64,000 bases of DNA, from positions 96,001-160,000 of the forward strand of contig CAWBEI010000004.1 of NCBI GenBank assembly GCA_963787835.1, in the 5' to 3' direction. Positions within the stretch are counted from its first letter, which is position 1; each line of letters starts with the position of its first letter. The notes beneath the pieces were generated by a model. That model worked only from the letters and a program-made list of their open reading frames with translations. It was not told the origin of the DNA and did no database searches. A program made the translations under genes and the position numbers. This stretch comes from Ignavibacteriota bacterium (GTDB taxonomy: Bacteria; Bacteroidota; Ignavibacteria; Palsa-1295). Positions 10,830 through 19,738 of this stretch are shown one piece after another.

Positions 10830-10874
10830 TAGTAACCCCTATTTACAAGGCCGACCGAAAATGATGAGACAGGA

Positions 10875-10904
10875 GGGGAACCAGACGAGCTGGTTTCCCA
10901 TTTT
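10875..10904 (+). terminator. Putative intrinsic terminator after mltD
   Basis: GGGGAACCAG-ACGAG-CTGGTTTCCC followed by ATTTT. Confidence 0.45.
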
Positions 10905-10936
10905 CCCGTCGCATTTTCAATACGCATCTAGAGCAG

Positions 10937-11009
10937 GCCGGCGTAGCTCAGTTGGTAGAGCAGCTGATTTGTAATCAGCAGGTCGTCGGTTCAAGTCCGT
11001 CCGCCGGCT
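10937..11009 (+). tRNA. tRNA-Thr(TGT)
   Basis: Acceptor stem GCCGGCG/CGCCGGC; anticodon arm GCTGA-TTTGTAA-TCAGC; GGTTCAAGT T-loop; no encoded CCA. Confidence 0.97.
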
Positions 11010-11016
11010 CTTTTGA

Positions 11017-11090
11017 CAATTAAGAATTAAGAATTAAGAATTAAAAGTGACGAATTCAACTTTTAATTCTTAATTCTTAATTCTTAATTG
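11017..11090. repeat. Heptamer inverted-repeat hairpin in tRNA spacer
   Basis: (AATTAAG)x3-AATTAAAAGT ... ACTTTT-(AATTCTT)x3-AATTG; long, near-perfect stem. Confidence 0.85.
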
Positions 11091-11095
11091 TCCTC

Positions 11096-11178
11096 GGGCA
11101 GATACTCAAGTGGCCAACGAGGACAGACTGTAAATCTGTTGACGATAGTCTACGAAGGTTCGAATCCTTCTCTGCCCA
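11096..11178 (+). tRNA. tRNA-Tyr(GTA)
   Basis: Acceptor stem GGGCAGA/TCTGCCC; anticodon arm ACAGA-CTGTAAA-TCTGT; long variable arm; GGTTCGAAT. Confidence 0.97.
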
Positions 11179-11183
11179 CTTAT

Positions 11184-11279
11184 TCAATTAATAATGAAGA
11201 ATTGAGAATTAAGAATTACGGAATCGGGTTTTGGGCCCTGAGTTCAATTCTTAATTCTTAACTATTAATTCTTAATTGA
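11184..11279. repeat. Heptamer inverted-repeat hairpin in tRNA spacer
   Basis: Degenerate AATTAAG repeats followed by inverted AATTCTT repeats, bounded by TCAATTAA/TTAATTGA. Confidence 0.8.
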
Positions 11280-11286
11280 ACCGCCG

Positions 11287-11359
11287 GCTCACGTAGCTCA
11301 GTTGGTAGAGCACATCCTTGGTAAGGATGAGGTCACCGGTTCAATCCCGGTCGTGAGCT
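11287..11359 (+). tRNA. tRNA-Thr(GGT)
   Basis: Acceptor stem GCTCACG/CGTGAGC; anticodon arm CATCC-TTGGTAA-GGATG; GGTTCAATC. Confidence 0.97.
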
Positions 11360-11493
11360 CAGCAGACGGATATTAACGGACTGGTGTTCTATTATTGTCC
11401 AGAGCTTCTCGGCATTTTTGAGTTGACACATTGTTCTTAATGGATACTCTTTTTCCCAAATCCTGTAAATCCATTATAATCCGATAAATCCGA

Positions 11494-13602
11494 GTGATAT
11501 TTCTCGGCCTCCACATTCTCGATTGGGCGATCATCGCACTCTACCTCGTTGCGCTGATCCTGATCGGCCGGTGGACGCAGCGGCGCGCCAGCCGATCGAC
11601 GAAGGATTTTTTTCAGGCCAATCGCAGCTTCGGCCGAGGAATTATGGGATTCCTGAATTTCGGCAATATGGTCTCAGCCGATCAGGCTGCTGGTGTAACA
11701 CGCGAGATCTACCGTCAGGGGTTGCAAGGAGTATGGTTCCAGAATCTCGTTCTGTTCATCACTCCATTTTATTGGTTCACATCGGTGCTGCAACGCCGTG
11801 CGCGTTACATCGGCCCTGGTGATATTTATGAACATCGATTCGAATCGAAATTTCTCGGAGGGCTTTTTGCTGTTTATCTTCTGCTTGCCTCGATCTATGG
11901 TTCCTCGATCGGGTATCTCATTACCGGTAAAACATTACAAGCTGTGATGTTAAAGCCGCCAGCAGCTTACACGATGCAAGAAAAACAAAGCGTAGCCCAG
12001 TTTCAGGAAATGCGCGCGATGGATATTGCTGCACAAAATGGAACACTCTCTGATTCTCTCAAACCGCGACTTTCGCTTTTGCATGAGAAAGAGCACACAG
12101 GACAAATTTCTGGGACGATCTCCTATCTCGACCTCGTAACGTTTTATTTGATCTATGGATGCGTGACGGCTGCGTATGTCATCATGGGAGGACTGTTCGC
12201 CGCTGCGTTTACCGATGTGATGCAGGGAATTATGATCATTTTCCTTTCTACAATTTTGATTCCAGTCGGTCTGACGAAGCTTGGCGGATTTTCCGGCCTT
12301 CATGCGCGCGTTGCAGACGATATGTTCCATTTGTTCGGTAGCGGCGCTGGTAGTGAATACACGTGGTGGTTCGTCGCGACAATGGTGCTGGTAAATCTGA
12401 TCGGTCTAGCACCTCGAAGCTTTACGCTGGGTGGTGCTGCAAAGGACGATAATTCTGCTCGCGTGGGAATGATAACAGGAGCATTCGTCAAGCGACTGGT
12501 GATGGTTGGGTGGGCACTCACGGGACTCATTGCCGTCGCACTGTATTCTGGCAAGCTTTCGGATGCTACCTATATCTGGGGAACGATGACACAGGATCTT
12601 CTCGGAGTTGGGTTTGTAGGTCTAATGATCGCAAGTGTGCTTGCGGCGAATATGGCATCGAAAGCATCTTCAAGTCTTGAATGGTCTGCGGCGTTCACTA
12701 AGAATATACTGGTGCCATTGCGTCCAAACACATCTGAAAAAACGCAGATTTTGGTCGGGCGCATTGTGATATTCATTGTCCTTATTGCAGGTATAGGATT
12801 TGCCTACATGGTCGATGATATTTTCGTCGTCTTTAAGTATGTGCTTTCGATTGGAACCATCATTGGCCCGTCGATCTGGCTGGTGTATTTCTGGCGACGG
12901 CTCACGACAAAAGCAGTGATCGTTCAAATGCTGCTTTCAATAATGGTTACGGTGGTCGTCCCGAACATCATCCCGCTTATCCCGTCGATTACGTCCACGC
13001 CGTCCATGACCATTATGACGCATGCCCGGGAACAGCATGAAACAACGAAAGCGAAACAAGACGATGTAAAAAGTGGAGCTGCACTTTACATTGGTGAATC
13101 AATTACGAAAGTTGAGCGAGAAGAACCCGTCGGAGTTTATTTTGAGAACATCGTTCATACCGATCCGTCCGACCCACATTCACAATTGCGGGGAAGTGGC
13201 ATGTTCCGATTTCAACTATGGCTCGTTGGGCTGACTGGAATTGATCTAACCGCCTTTTCTAAGGCAGGTCTTTCAGCACTTTCCTTTCTTTTCGATATTA
13301 TTTTTCCATTCCTGGTTCTATTTGTTGTAAGTTTATTCACAAAGCCCAATAGCGAACTGGTTTTGAGAGAATTTTATGCTCGAGTGCATACTCCGGCTGT
13401 TGCAGATCAAGAGAAAGATGCTATCGAAGTGAAAAAGCGCGTTGAAGATCCTTCGCTTGTCGAACAGGATAAGATGTTTCCTGGCACCAATTGGGAATTT
13501 TGGAAGCTTACGAAGAAAGATATGATGGGCTTCGGGCTATGCTGGCTTGGCGTAGGAGCGATAGTCTTACTATATATCGTTCTTACACAATTAGGATCAT
13601 AA
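11494..13602 (+). CDS. Sodium:solute symporter (SSS) family transporter with two large hydrophilic insertions
   Basis: LDWAIIALYL...KDFFQANRSFG; YVIMGGLFAAAFTDVMQG; about 13-14 hydrophobic segments. Confidence 0.92.
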   Translation: MIFLGLHILDWAIIALYLVALILIGRWTQRRASRSTKDFFQANRSFGRGIMGFLNFGNMVSADQAAGVTREIYRQGLQGVWFQNLVLFITPFYWFTSVLQRRARYIGPGDIYEHRFESKFLGGLFAVYLLLASIYGSSIGYLITGKTLQAVMLKPPAAYTMQEKQSVAQFQEMRAMDIAAQNGTLSDSLKPRLSLLHEKEHTGQISGTISYLDLVTFYLIYGCVTAAYVIMGGLFAAAFTDVMQGIMIIFLSTILIPVGLTKLGGFSGLHARVADDMFHLFGSGAGSEYTWWFVATMVLVNLIGLAPRSFTLGGAAKDDNSARVGMITGAFVKRLVMVGWALTGLIAVALYSGKLSDATYIWGTMTQDLLGVGFVGLMIASVLAANMASKASSSLEWSAAFTKNILVPLRPNTSEKTQILVGRIVIFIVLIAGIGFAYMVDDIFVVFKYVLSIGTIIGPSIWLVYFWRRLTTKAVIVQMLLSIMVTVVVPNIIPLIPSITSTPSMTIMTHAREQHETTKAKQDDVKSGAALYIGESITKVEREEPVGVYFENIVHTDPSDPHSQLRGSGMFRFQLWLVGLTGIDLTAFSKAGLSALSFLFDIIFPFLVLFVVSLFTKPNSELVLREFYARVHTPAVADQEKDAIEVKKRVEDPSLVEQDKMFPGTNWEFWKLTKKDMMGFGLCWLGVGAIVLLYIVLTQLGS

Positions 13603-13603
13603 C

Positions 13604-15571
13604 ATGCCGCAATCACTTCATCCTGACTTCAAAACGACGCTTCCCGATACCGATTATTTTTTCCTCGGCTCTGGGCAAATTCAGGCGGCAATCCAATGGA
13701 GCCGCCATCCGGGAGCAACTCCACTTGGGTTAGTCCTTTCCGATCCTACTCATTTCGCGCGCAAGTGGTCTTCTCATCTGTTCCATCCAGAGTATGGTCT
13801 TGGTAAAACAATGCTTACACTTATTCTCGACGGTGAGCGGTATCAACCGGACGAGAATACCAAGGTTGTTTGGTTCCCGGGCGAGATTCCCGGTGTAACC
13901 GCACTGTGGCAAGCAAAAAATTCTTTCGTGATCGAGCGGTTCTGGACTTCCATCGACGAGCCGGTGTTGGTGCGAGAAATTACATTTGAATCCGAACGGC
14001 AACTTACCTCCGCCGAGGTGGAAATAGCGCTGTTTGGGAACCCCGCATTATGTTCAGAGTTTCTTGGGAGTAGTTATGGGCTTTCGGCAAGGGGGTATGA
14101 TGCTGTGCTTGTCAGCACACACGCTCCTGGCAAGTTCCACGAGCGGACGCTAACGGTGCCGCTCTATCAGGAAGGTAATGTGTATCGCATGGCCATCATG
14201 TACTCACTTGGGCCAGATATGCCAAGCGTAAGTCTCGGACAGCTCACGGAGAATGAAACGGACTATTGGCGAACCACTTGTTTGAGATGGACCGAGCCGC
14301 ATCCTCATCAACTACATCACGAGATCGAGCGATTGTTTACTTCTTCTGCGATGGGATTGCGCGCTGCTGTGGCCGATGATGGGCGCTTCGATGCAAGTAT
14401 CTGGCAATATGGCTATGAATGGTCCGGCGATGCCTCGAATGTCGCTGAGGCGCTGGTCTATTCCGGGCAATTCGAAGTAGCGCGGTGCGTGCTGGAAAAT
14501 ATTTTGACGAGGATGACAATTCCCGAAGGAATGGCGATGGAATCGAGCAGGTTCCGTGGTGGTCAGGATGCAGAGCTAAACAATAATGGCGAAATTTTGA
14601 AAGCCTGCAGAACCTATCTTGATTGGACAGGAGATCGGGAATTTATCGAAGTACATTATGATCGAATTGCCGCCATAGCAGATTATTTATTGAGACCGGA
14701 ATTTTTGCACGAGGAAACCGGAATGCTCGTAGCCTCTCGCGATATTTGGGAGCGAAATGCCGAGGTAGGTATTCTTCTTGGCTTCGATATTGCGCATCAA
14801 ACATTTGGCATCCTCGGGCTTCGTGATGCCGCCAATATCGCAAAAGCATTTTCCAGAATGGATGATGTGGAACGCTGGACTACCGCAGGAAAGAAAATGC
14901 GCCAATCGTTTCTCGAACATCCAACCCACTCGATGATCGAAAATAATCGCATTATCAAACGGCGATTGCTGGATGGTTCTATTCAAACTGAACTTTCCAT
15001 TGCAAATATCGACAAAGATTTTCAAAAGCAGTTCGTTCCAAATGGAATGCCGCTTGCAACGAGTGGGCCAAAGTCATGGGAACCTGACATCTCCGAATGT
15101 TTTCCTATTGCGCTCGGGGTTATCGATCCACGATCGGATGTTGCAAAAAATACGATCGAAGCAATGGATTTGCTTTGGTCGCAAGGGTGGGAGGATGGCG
15201 GATATGGAAGATACAATGTTCTATCCGAGCCCGATTCCCCAGGCCCGTGGCCGCTTGCGACCATGTATGTTGCTGCAGCATGTCTGGAAGCGGGAGACGT
15301 AGAGCGTGGGCAGCGTGCAATTAGTTGGCTCATCGAGAAGGCGGGAGCAGGTGGCAGTTGGTTCGAATTTTACGGCGATCGGCCAACACCGCCGCTGCCG
15401 CCGACGGGAATTCTTGTCTGGGCGTGGGCGCAGTGGATAACGCTTGTCGTAAAACATCTCTTGGGTGCTCAAGTCAAGGACGATCAATTAATTATTCGTC
15501 CTCGACTCGGCGGTTTTTCAGGCGAGCTTCGTTTTAGAGATTCGAGTGTTCCTCTACCGAACGGAATGTAA
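13604..15571 (+). CDS. Cytoplasmic six-hairpin glycosidase-like protein (GH15-like)
   Basis: YGYEWSGD, DIWER, GYGRY, PWPLAT and WFEF occur in the order of GH15-like (alpha/alpha)6 motifs; no signal peptide; 1 nt after the SSS gene. Confidence 0.65.
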   Translation: MPQSLHPDFKTTLPDTDYFFLGSGQIQAAIQWSRHPGATPLGLVLSDPTHFARKWSSHLFHPEYGLGKTMLTLILDGERYQPDENTKVVWFPGEIPGVTALWQAKNSFVIERFWTSIDEPVLVREITFESERQLTSAEVEIALFGNPALCSEFLGSSYGLSARGYDAVLVSTHAPGKFHERTLTVPLYQEGNVYRMAIMYSLGPDMPSVSLGQLTENETDYWRTTCLRWTEPHPHQLHHEIERLFTSSAMGLRAAVADDGRFDASIWQYGYEWSGDASNVAEALVYSGQFEVARCVLENILTRMTIPEGMAMESSRFRGGQDAELNNNGEILKACRTYLDWTGDREFIEVHYDRIAAIADYLLRPEFLHEETGMLVASRDIWERNAEVGILLGFDIAHQTFGILGLRDAANIAKAFSRMDDVERWTTAGKKMRQSFLEHPTHSMIENNRIIKRRLLDGSIQTELSIANIDKDFQKQFVPNGMPLATSGPKSWEPDISECFPIALGVIDPRSDVAKNTIEAMDLLWSQGWEDGGYGRYNVLSEPDSPGPWPLATMYVAAACLEAGDVERGQRAISWLIEKAGAGGSWFEFYGDRPTPPLPPTGILVWAWAQWITLVVKHLLGAQVKDDQLIIRPRLGGFSGELRFRDSSVPLPNGM

Positions 15572-15576
15572 GTAAT

Positions 15577-16098
15577 ATGAAGGTCATCGTTATTTTTGTC
15601 ACAACGCTCGATGGAAAGATCACGAAGTGGGGCGATCTTCACGTGATGCGATGGTCCTCGCCCGAAGACCAGAAATACTTCCGAGCGATCTGGAACGATA
15701 GTCCGCTCATTATCATGGGAAGCAGCACGTTCGATTTCGATCCGATAAAACCCTCGCGGAAAAGTCTTCTTCATATCATGACGCGGAATCCCGAAAAATA
15801 TAAAATATACGAGGTTCCGGGAGAATTGGAGTTTTCGAGCGAAACGCCTAGGGAATTAGTGAAACGATTTGGATCGCAGTTCGAACAAATGCTCGTCGTT
15901 GGAGGGCCGCACGTTGCGACATCTTTTTTTAAGGATGGTCAGGTTGATGAGTTGTGGCTGACACTCGAACCTAAGATTTTCGGCGAGGGAGGGAATTTTG
16001 CGGTCGGAGCAGATCTTGACGTTGAGCTTTCCCTCATCAGTATGGAAAGAATGAACGACCGCGGGACATTGATTTTGAGATATCAAGTCATAAAATGA
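15577..16098 (+). CDS. Dihydrofolate reductase/RibD C-terminal domain protein
   Basis: TTLDGKI, IIMGSSTF, VVGGPHV, VDELWLTLEPKIFGEG. Confidence 0.9.
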   Translation: MKVIVIFVTTLDGKITKWGDLHVMRWSSPEDQKYFRAIWNDSPLIIMGSSTFDFDPIKPSRKSLLHIMTRNPEKYKIYEVPGELEFSSETPRELVKRFGSQFEQMLVVGGPHVATSFFKDGQVDELWLTLEPKIFGEGGNFAVGADLDVELSLISMERMNDRGTLILRYQVIK

Positions 16099-17225
16099 AA
16101 TTTCAATTCTCGTCATTGCGAGGACAAGCAAGGTGGCGACGAAGCGATCCCTCGTGGATTTGGTTGACCCGTGCAGATTGCTTCGTCGTCCCTTCGGGAC
16201 TCCTCGCAATGACGGTATTATTATTATTTGCTTTTCCGATCTATGCTCAGCATCTGCGCATCTTCGCCTGTGCCATAGCCAACGATAGCACTGGTGCATC
16301 CATGGGTGGAAGCTCCAATGGTTCCGGACTCTACCAATCCGACGATACCGGCAAAACTTGGAAGCATTTGGGATGGGATAATATCAAATGCTACTCGATG
16401 GACATGGTGCAGTCCTCGAATGGCCGCATTCTCTACGAGGCCACCGGCCTCGGCATTCTGCACTCCACCGATTATGGCGAGCACTGGAAGCAGATCACCG
16501 ATTGGCGCATCTCCGAAGCAATGGATGTTGCTGTCAATCAAAAAAATCCGAATGAGATATACATTGCCACAGCGCATGGGCCGTGGAGGAGTGAGGATGG
16601 GGGGAAGACCTGGGAGGCATTACTGGAGGGATTGCCTGTTCCATACACATGCAGAATTGTCATTGATTCAGTAATACCGAATCATGTGCTTGTTGCTTCG
16701 GAAGCAGGTATTTTCGCTTTGTGGAACGATACTTGGATAATAATTCCATGCGAGCAAAAGAATATTCGAAATGAGAAGGAAAAAACTCCAACCGAAATTC
16801 GATTCATCGATCAACTATCTCAGGATATCTGGCTTGCAGCAAGCGAGAACTCTCGGGAGTTGATTTCGTCGGACTCTGCGAAATCATTCGGCACTCCCAG
16901 CTTCGGTGACGAGGGTTTATGGACAATTTCTTCAATTTCACTCGGGCGAGACCATGACGTGACTGCGATGGGAGGAGGTTGGGGACATGCCATTTCTGAT
17001 AGGAACGATGATGAGGTTCGACAGTTCCGGGATGACAAAATAAAAAATGTCAGCAGCATTCTTCAAATTCCTATTCCGTATGATATGGGAAGTAGCTCTC
17101 ATGCCATGGGATTGTATAGTAGCCCGATGTTCGGCACACTTGGGGATGGAATTCCATGGAATGGTAAATCAAAGCTTTTTGACCGTCAAATCTGGACGCT
17201 CAAATCCTTCCTCGTCACGCCATGA
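16095..17225 (+). CDS. Secreted BNR/Asp-box repeat protein; signal peptide interrupted by an in-frame palindromic element
   Basis: SDDTGKTW, STDYGEHW and SEDGGKTW Asp-boxes; ATGA overlap with the downstream gene and 4-nt overlap with the upstream gene. Confidence 0.8.
   Translation: MKFQFSSLRGQARWRRSDPSWIWLTRADCFVVPSGLLAMTVLLLFAFPIYAQHLRIFACAIANDSTGASMGGSSNGSGLYQSDDTGKTWKHLGWDNIKCYSMDMVQSSNGRILYEATGLGILHSTDYGEHWKQITDWRISEAMDVAVNQKNPNEIYIATAHGPWRSEDGGKTWEALLEGLPVPYTCRIVIDSVIPNHVLVASEAGIFALWNDTWIIIPCEQKNIRNEKEKTPTEIRFIDQLSQDIWLAASENSRELISSDSAKSFGTPSFGDEGLWTISSISLGRDHDVTAMGGGWGHAISDRNDDEVRQFRDDKIKNVSSILQIPIPYDMGSSSHAMGLYSSPMFGTLGDGIPWNGKSKLFDRQIWTLKSFLVTP
16111..16214. repeat. CGTCATTGCGAG-family palindromic element, copy 1 (intragenic)
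   Basis: Perfect 14-bp terminal inverted repeat CGTCATTGCGAGGA/TCCTCGCAATGACG with inner GACGAAGCGATC/GATTGCTTCGTC stem. Confidence 0.9.
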
Positions 17226-19042
17226 AAAACGCATCGTGTAGAACCGAACCTTTATGTTCGGTCGGCAAATCCGCCCGACCTAAAGGTCGGGCGCTACACG
17301 TTTTTCTTTTTCTCCTGCTGCCACTGCAACTTCAGGCACAATCCACACAAACAAAAACCCGCGTCCTCGAGCACATTGCATCCATCCCACTCCGGAATGA
17401 TTTTGCAATGGTTGCGGCGAGAATTCATCAGAATATCGGTGTAGAAAGGGCTTACAAACAGCTCGATACGCTTCTCTCACGCGCGTATGGCGATATGTTC
17501 TGGATGTATGGCTGCGCGGGGCTTTATTATGCAACGGCGGATGTGCTGCGTCCGCAATACAAAGCGCGCATTCGAGAGTGCTGGAAGCATTGCACGCCCT
17601 ATCGCGGCGATACGGAGAATCATTTTCTGATGTATTACGGCTCGCTCTTCCTGATGGCGCAGGCGTGGCCCGATCTGCCGGATACAGCATGGTTTATGGG
17701 CAAATCGTCGAAGGAAATCTATGATGAATCGAAAGAATATCTCGATCACTGGATCGACGAGACTGTCCGTAATGGGCAGGAAGAATGGGATTCGCCACGC
17801 TATGGCTATTATTATATCACGCCGCTTGCGCTGCTTGCTGAACACACCAAAGATAAGCGCATGAAGCACCGCTTTTCGATGATGCTCGAATACGAGCTTG
17901 CATCTTACGCCGCCGATTACCTGAATGGGAGCTATTGCGGTGCACACTCCCGCGTCAGCGATGAATGCGCCATTGATCCGCACTCTGCCGAGATCGAAAC
18001 GTATGGTAATTATTTCTTCGGTGAAGATGGCGGCGAGGCGCGATTGGATACGCTCGCCGCAATGCATCCCGACATTGCGTTCGCTGCAATGACAAGTTTC
18101 AAATGCCCCGACATCATCTGTCATATTGCGACCGATCGTTCAGAGAGCTATGAGCAATTCTCGCTAAAGCGAGGACGGCAAATGCTGCGTTACTTAGGTG
18201 AGTGGAGCAGCACAGATTCCAGCCATGATTCCACCTTCCATGCGCCGGTCTATAAATACGATTACATGACGAAGGATTACTGCCTTGGCTCGATGCAAGG
18301 AGGAATTGTGCAGCCGATACAGCAGCAATCCTGGTCGCTTGTCTTTAATTCGGATAAGCACCATAATATTATTACGGGACTCAATCCTTACGTGAGCGCA
18401 GATGAATTGGGAATGTTCTTTCCTGAATATCCCAGCTTTATGCTCGAACGCATCGGCTCGACAAAAGCCAGCTACACAAGCGAGAACAAATGGGAAGGCG
18501 GCTCGCCGTACGAGCATATTTATCAGGATAAGAATGTGCTCGTCGCGTTGTATGATTTGCCGGATAGCGAGAAGTATCACCACATTGACCTTTATATTCC
18601 CGATTGTTTGACTCCCATTGGCCCTAATCCTGACTCAAATAAGCGAACGTGGCATTGCCCTCCCGGATGGAGACTCTATCAATCCGATTCCGTGTTGGTT
18701 GGAATCTATATGTTCAAAGGGTACACCACCGATTCTACATTATTCGGTACCCGATTCACTTCCGACGACAGTAATTCTGGGTACATCATATTATGCGATG
18801 ATCGTAGAGATTTGTCTGTGAATGAATTTGTCAATAGAGTAGGTAATCTCGCAATTGTTAGAACGCCAGAACGAATATATTCAAAAGGTGATGATCTACA
18901 TACAATAAACATAGAATTGAAGGAAGGAAAGCGGGATGCCGATCGGCTCTTCCATTCCCCTTATCTCGAATCGAACAAAGGCAGCGGTATTCTAACCATG
19001 CGCTATAAGGGTGCGTTGCGGGTGCTGGATTTCAGGAATTAG
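17222..19042 (+). CDS. Secreted hypothetical protein, possibly an (alpha/alpha)-toroid lyase/heparinase-like fold; signal peptide interrupted by a REPIN
   Basis: 606-aa ORF with helical N-half carrying TENH, EWDSPRY and GAHSR motifs and a beta-rich C-half. The fold call is an inference. Confidence 0.55.
   Translation: MKNASCRTEPLCSVGKSARPKGRALHVFLFLLLPLQLQAQSTQTKTRVLEHIASIPLRNDFAMVAARIHQNIGVERAYKQLDTLLSRAYGDMFWMYGCAGLYYATADVLRPQYKARIRECWKHCTPYRGDTENHFLMYYGSLFLMAQAWPDLPDTAWFMGKSSKEIYDESKEYLDHWIDETVRNGQEEWDSPRYGYYYITPLALLAEHTKDKRMKHRFSMMLEYELASYAADYLNGSYCGAHSRVSDECAIDPHSAEIETYGNYFFGEDGGEARLDTLAAMHPDIAFAAMTSFKCPDIICHIATDRSESYEQFSLKRGRQMLRYLGEWSSTDSSHDSTFHAPVYKYDYMTKDYCLGSMQGGIVQPIQQQSWSLVFNSDKHHNIITGLNPYVSADELGMFFPEYPSFMLERIGSTKASYTSENKWEGGSPYEHIYQDKNVLVALYDLPDSEKYHHIDLYIPDCLTPIGPNPDSNKRTWHCPPGWRLYQSDSVLVGIYMFKGYTTDSTLFGTRFTSDDSNSGYIILCDDRRDLSVNEFVNRVGNLAIVRTPERIYSKGDDLHTINIELKEGKRDADRLFHSPYLESNKGSGILTMRYKGALRVLDFRN
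17238..17297. repeat. 60-bp GTAG...CTAC REP doublet (REPIN-like), intragenic
   Basis: GTAG-A-ACCGAAC-CTTTAT-GTTCGGT, short spacer, then CGCCCGACC-TAAA-GGTCGGGCG-CTAC. Confidence 0.85.
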
Positions 19043-19412
19043 CGCCAGGTAAATAGCTTAATAGGTCAGGGAACTCTGCTCGGAAAATATGAGTACAATA
19101 GCTCCGTAAGGAAGGAGCATCAACCGTTGCAGAATCCCAGACGCGGGGTAATGTGGTGCCCCAATACTCATGGACAATATAATTTCGGAAGTCTTTAATT
19201 CGTACCCAATCGACATTGTGGTATTTCTGTTTCAACTCATTTGAGATGTGAGCCGACGCTTCGCCGATGATTACCAGTTTGTACAAAACGCCACTATGCA
19301 ATAGCTCATTATTCACAAACTCTTCGAAGGACTTCGGACCTTCAAGAAATCCGGCGATCGCATCTGCTGCCTCGATAATATCGATCAAACGGGGTGCATT
19401 AGGTCGCTTCAT
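19032..19412 (-). CDS. HepT-like (DUF86/HEPN) RNase toxin
   Basis: IIGEAS and the RX4HXY motif RNYIVHEY. Confidence 0.92.
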   Translation of the reverse strand: MKRPNAPRLIDIIEAADAIAGFLEGPKSFEEFVNNELLHSGVLYKLVIIGEASAHISNELKQKYHNVDWVRIKDFRNYIVHEYWGTTLPRVWDSATVDAPSLRSYCTHIFRAEFPDLLSYLPGANS

Positions 19413-19707
19413 ATAACGGTTTTATATCGGGGATCGCATAGTCTCGAATAATAGGTTTCAGACCGTGGCGAGGTGCGAGGTCAACTGGCACTCCAAACAA
19501 CTGCGAGAGTTCATCGCGAAAGCGGCCATATCCGATAAGACCCAGAACGGTATCCGGTAAAAATTCCACGAGGAGATCGACATCGCTGTCGGGACGGTTA
19601 TCTCCGCGCGCGCGCGAGCCAAAGACCGATAGTTCTTTCACCCGGTATTTTTGGCAAATAAGCTGAAGTTCCGCTTCGGGAACCTGTATTCCTGGAATGT
19701 GCTGCAT
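19399..19707 (-). CDS. MNT (MntA-like) nucleotidyltransferase antitoxin
   Basis: GSX10DXD motif FGSRARGDNRPDSDVD; overlaps the HEPN gene; start taken at ATG 19707. Confidence 0.92.
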   Translation of the reverse strand: MQHIPGIQVPEAELQLICQKYRVKELSVFGSRARGDNRPDSDVDLLVEFLPDTVLGLIGYGRFRDELSQLFGVPVDLAPRHGLKPIIRDYAIPDIKPLYEAT

Positions 19708-19738
19708 ATCACTAAAACGAATCAAAATGCAAGCCGGT

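Noticed and set aside
11184-11279. tRNA-Gly or pseudo-tRNA between Tyr and Thr
   Set aside because: No cloverleaf; the segment is an AT-rich inverted repeat.
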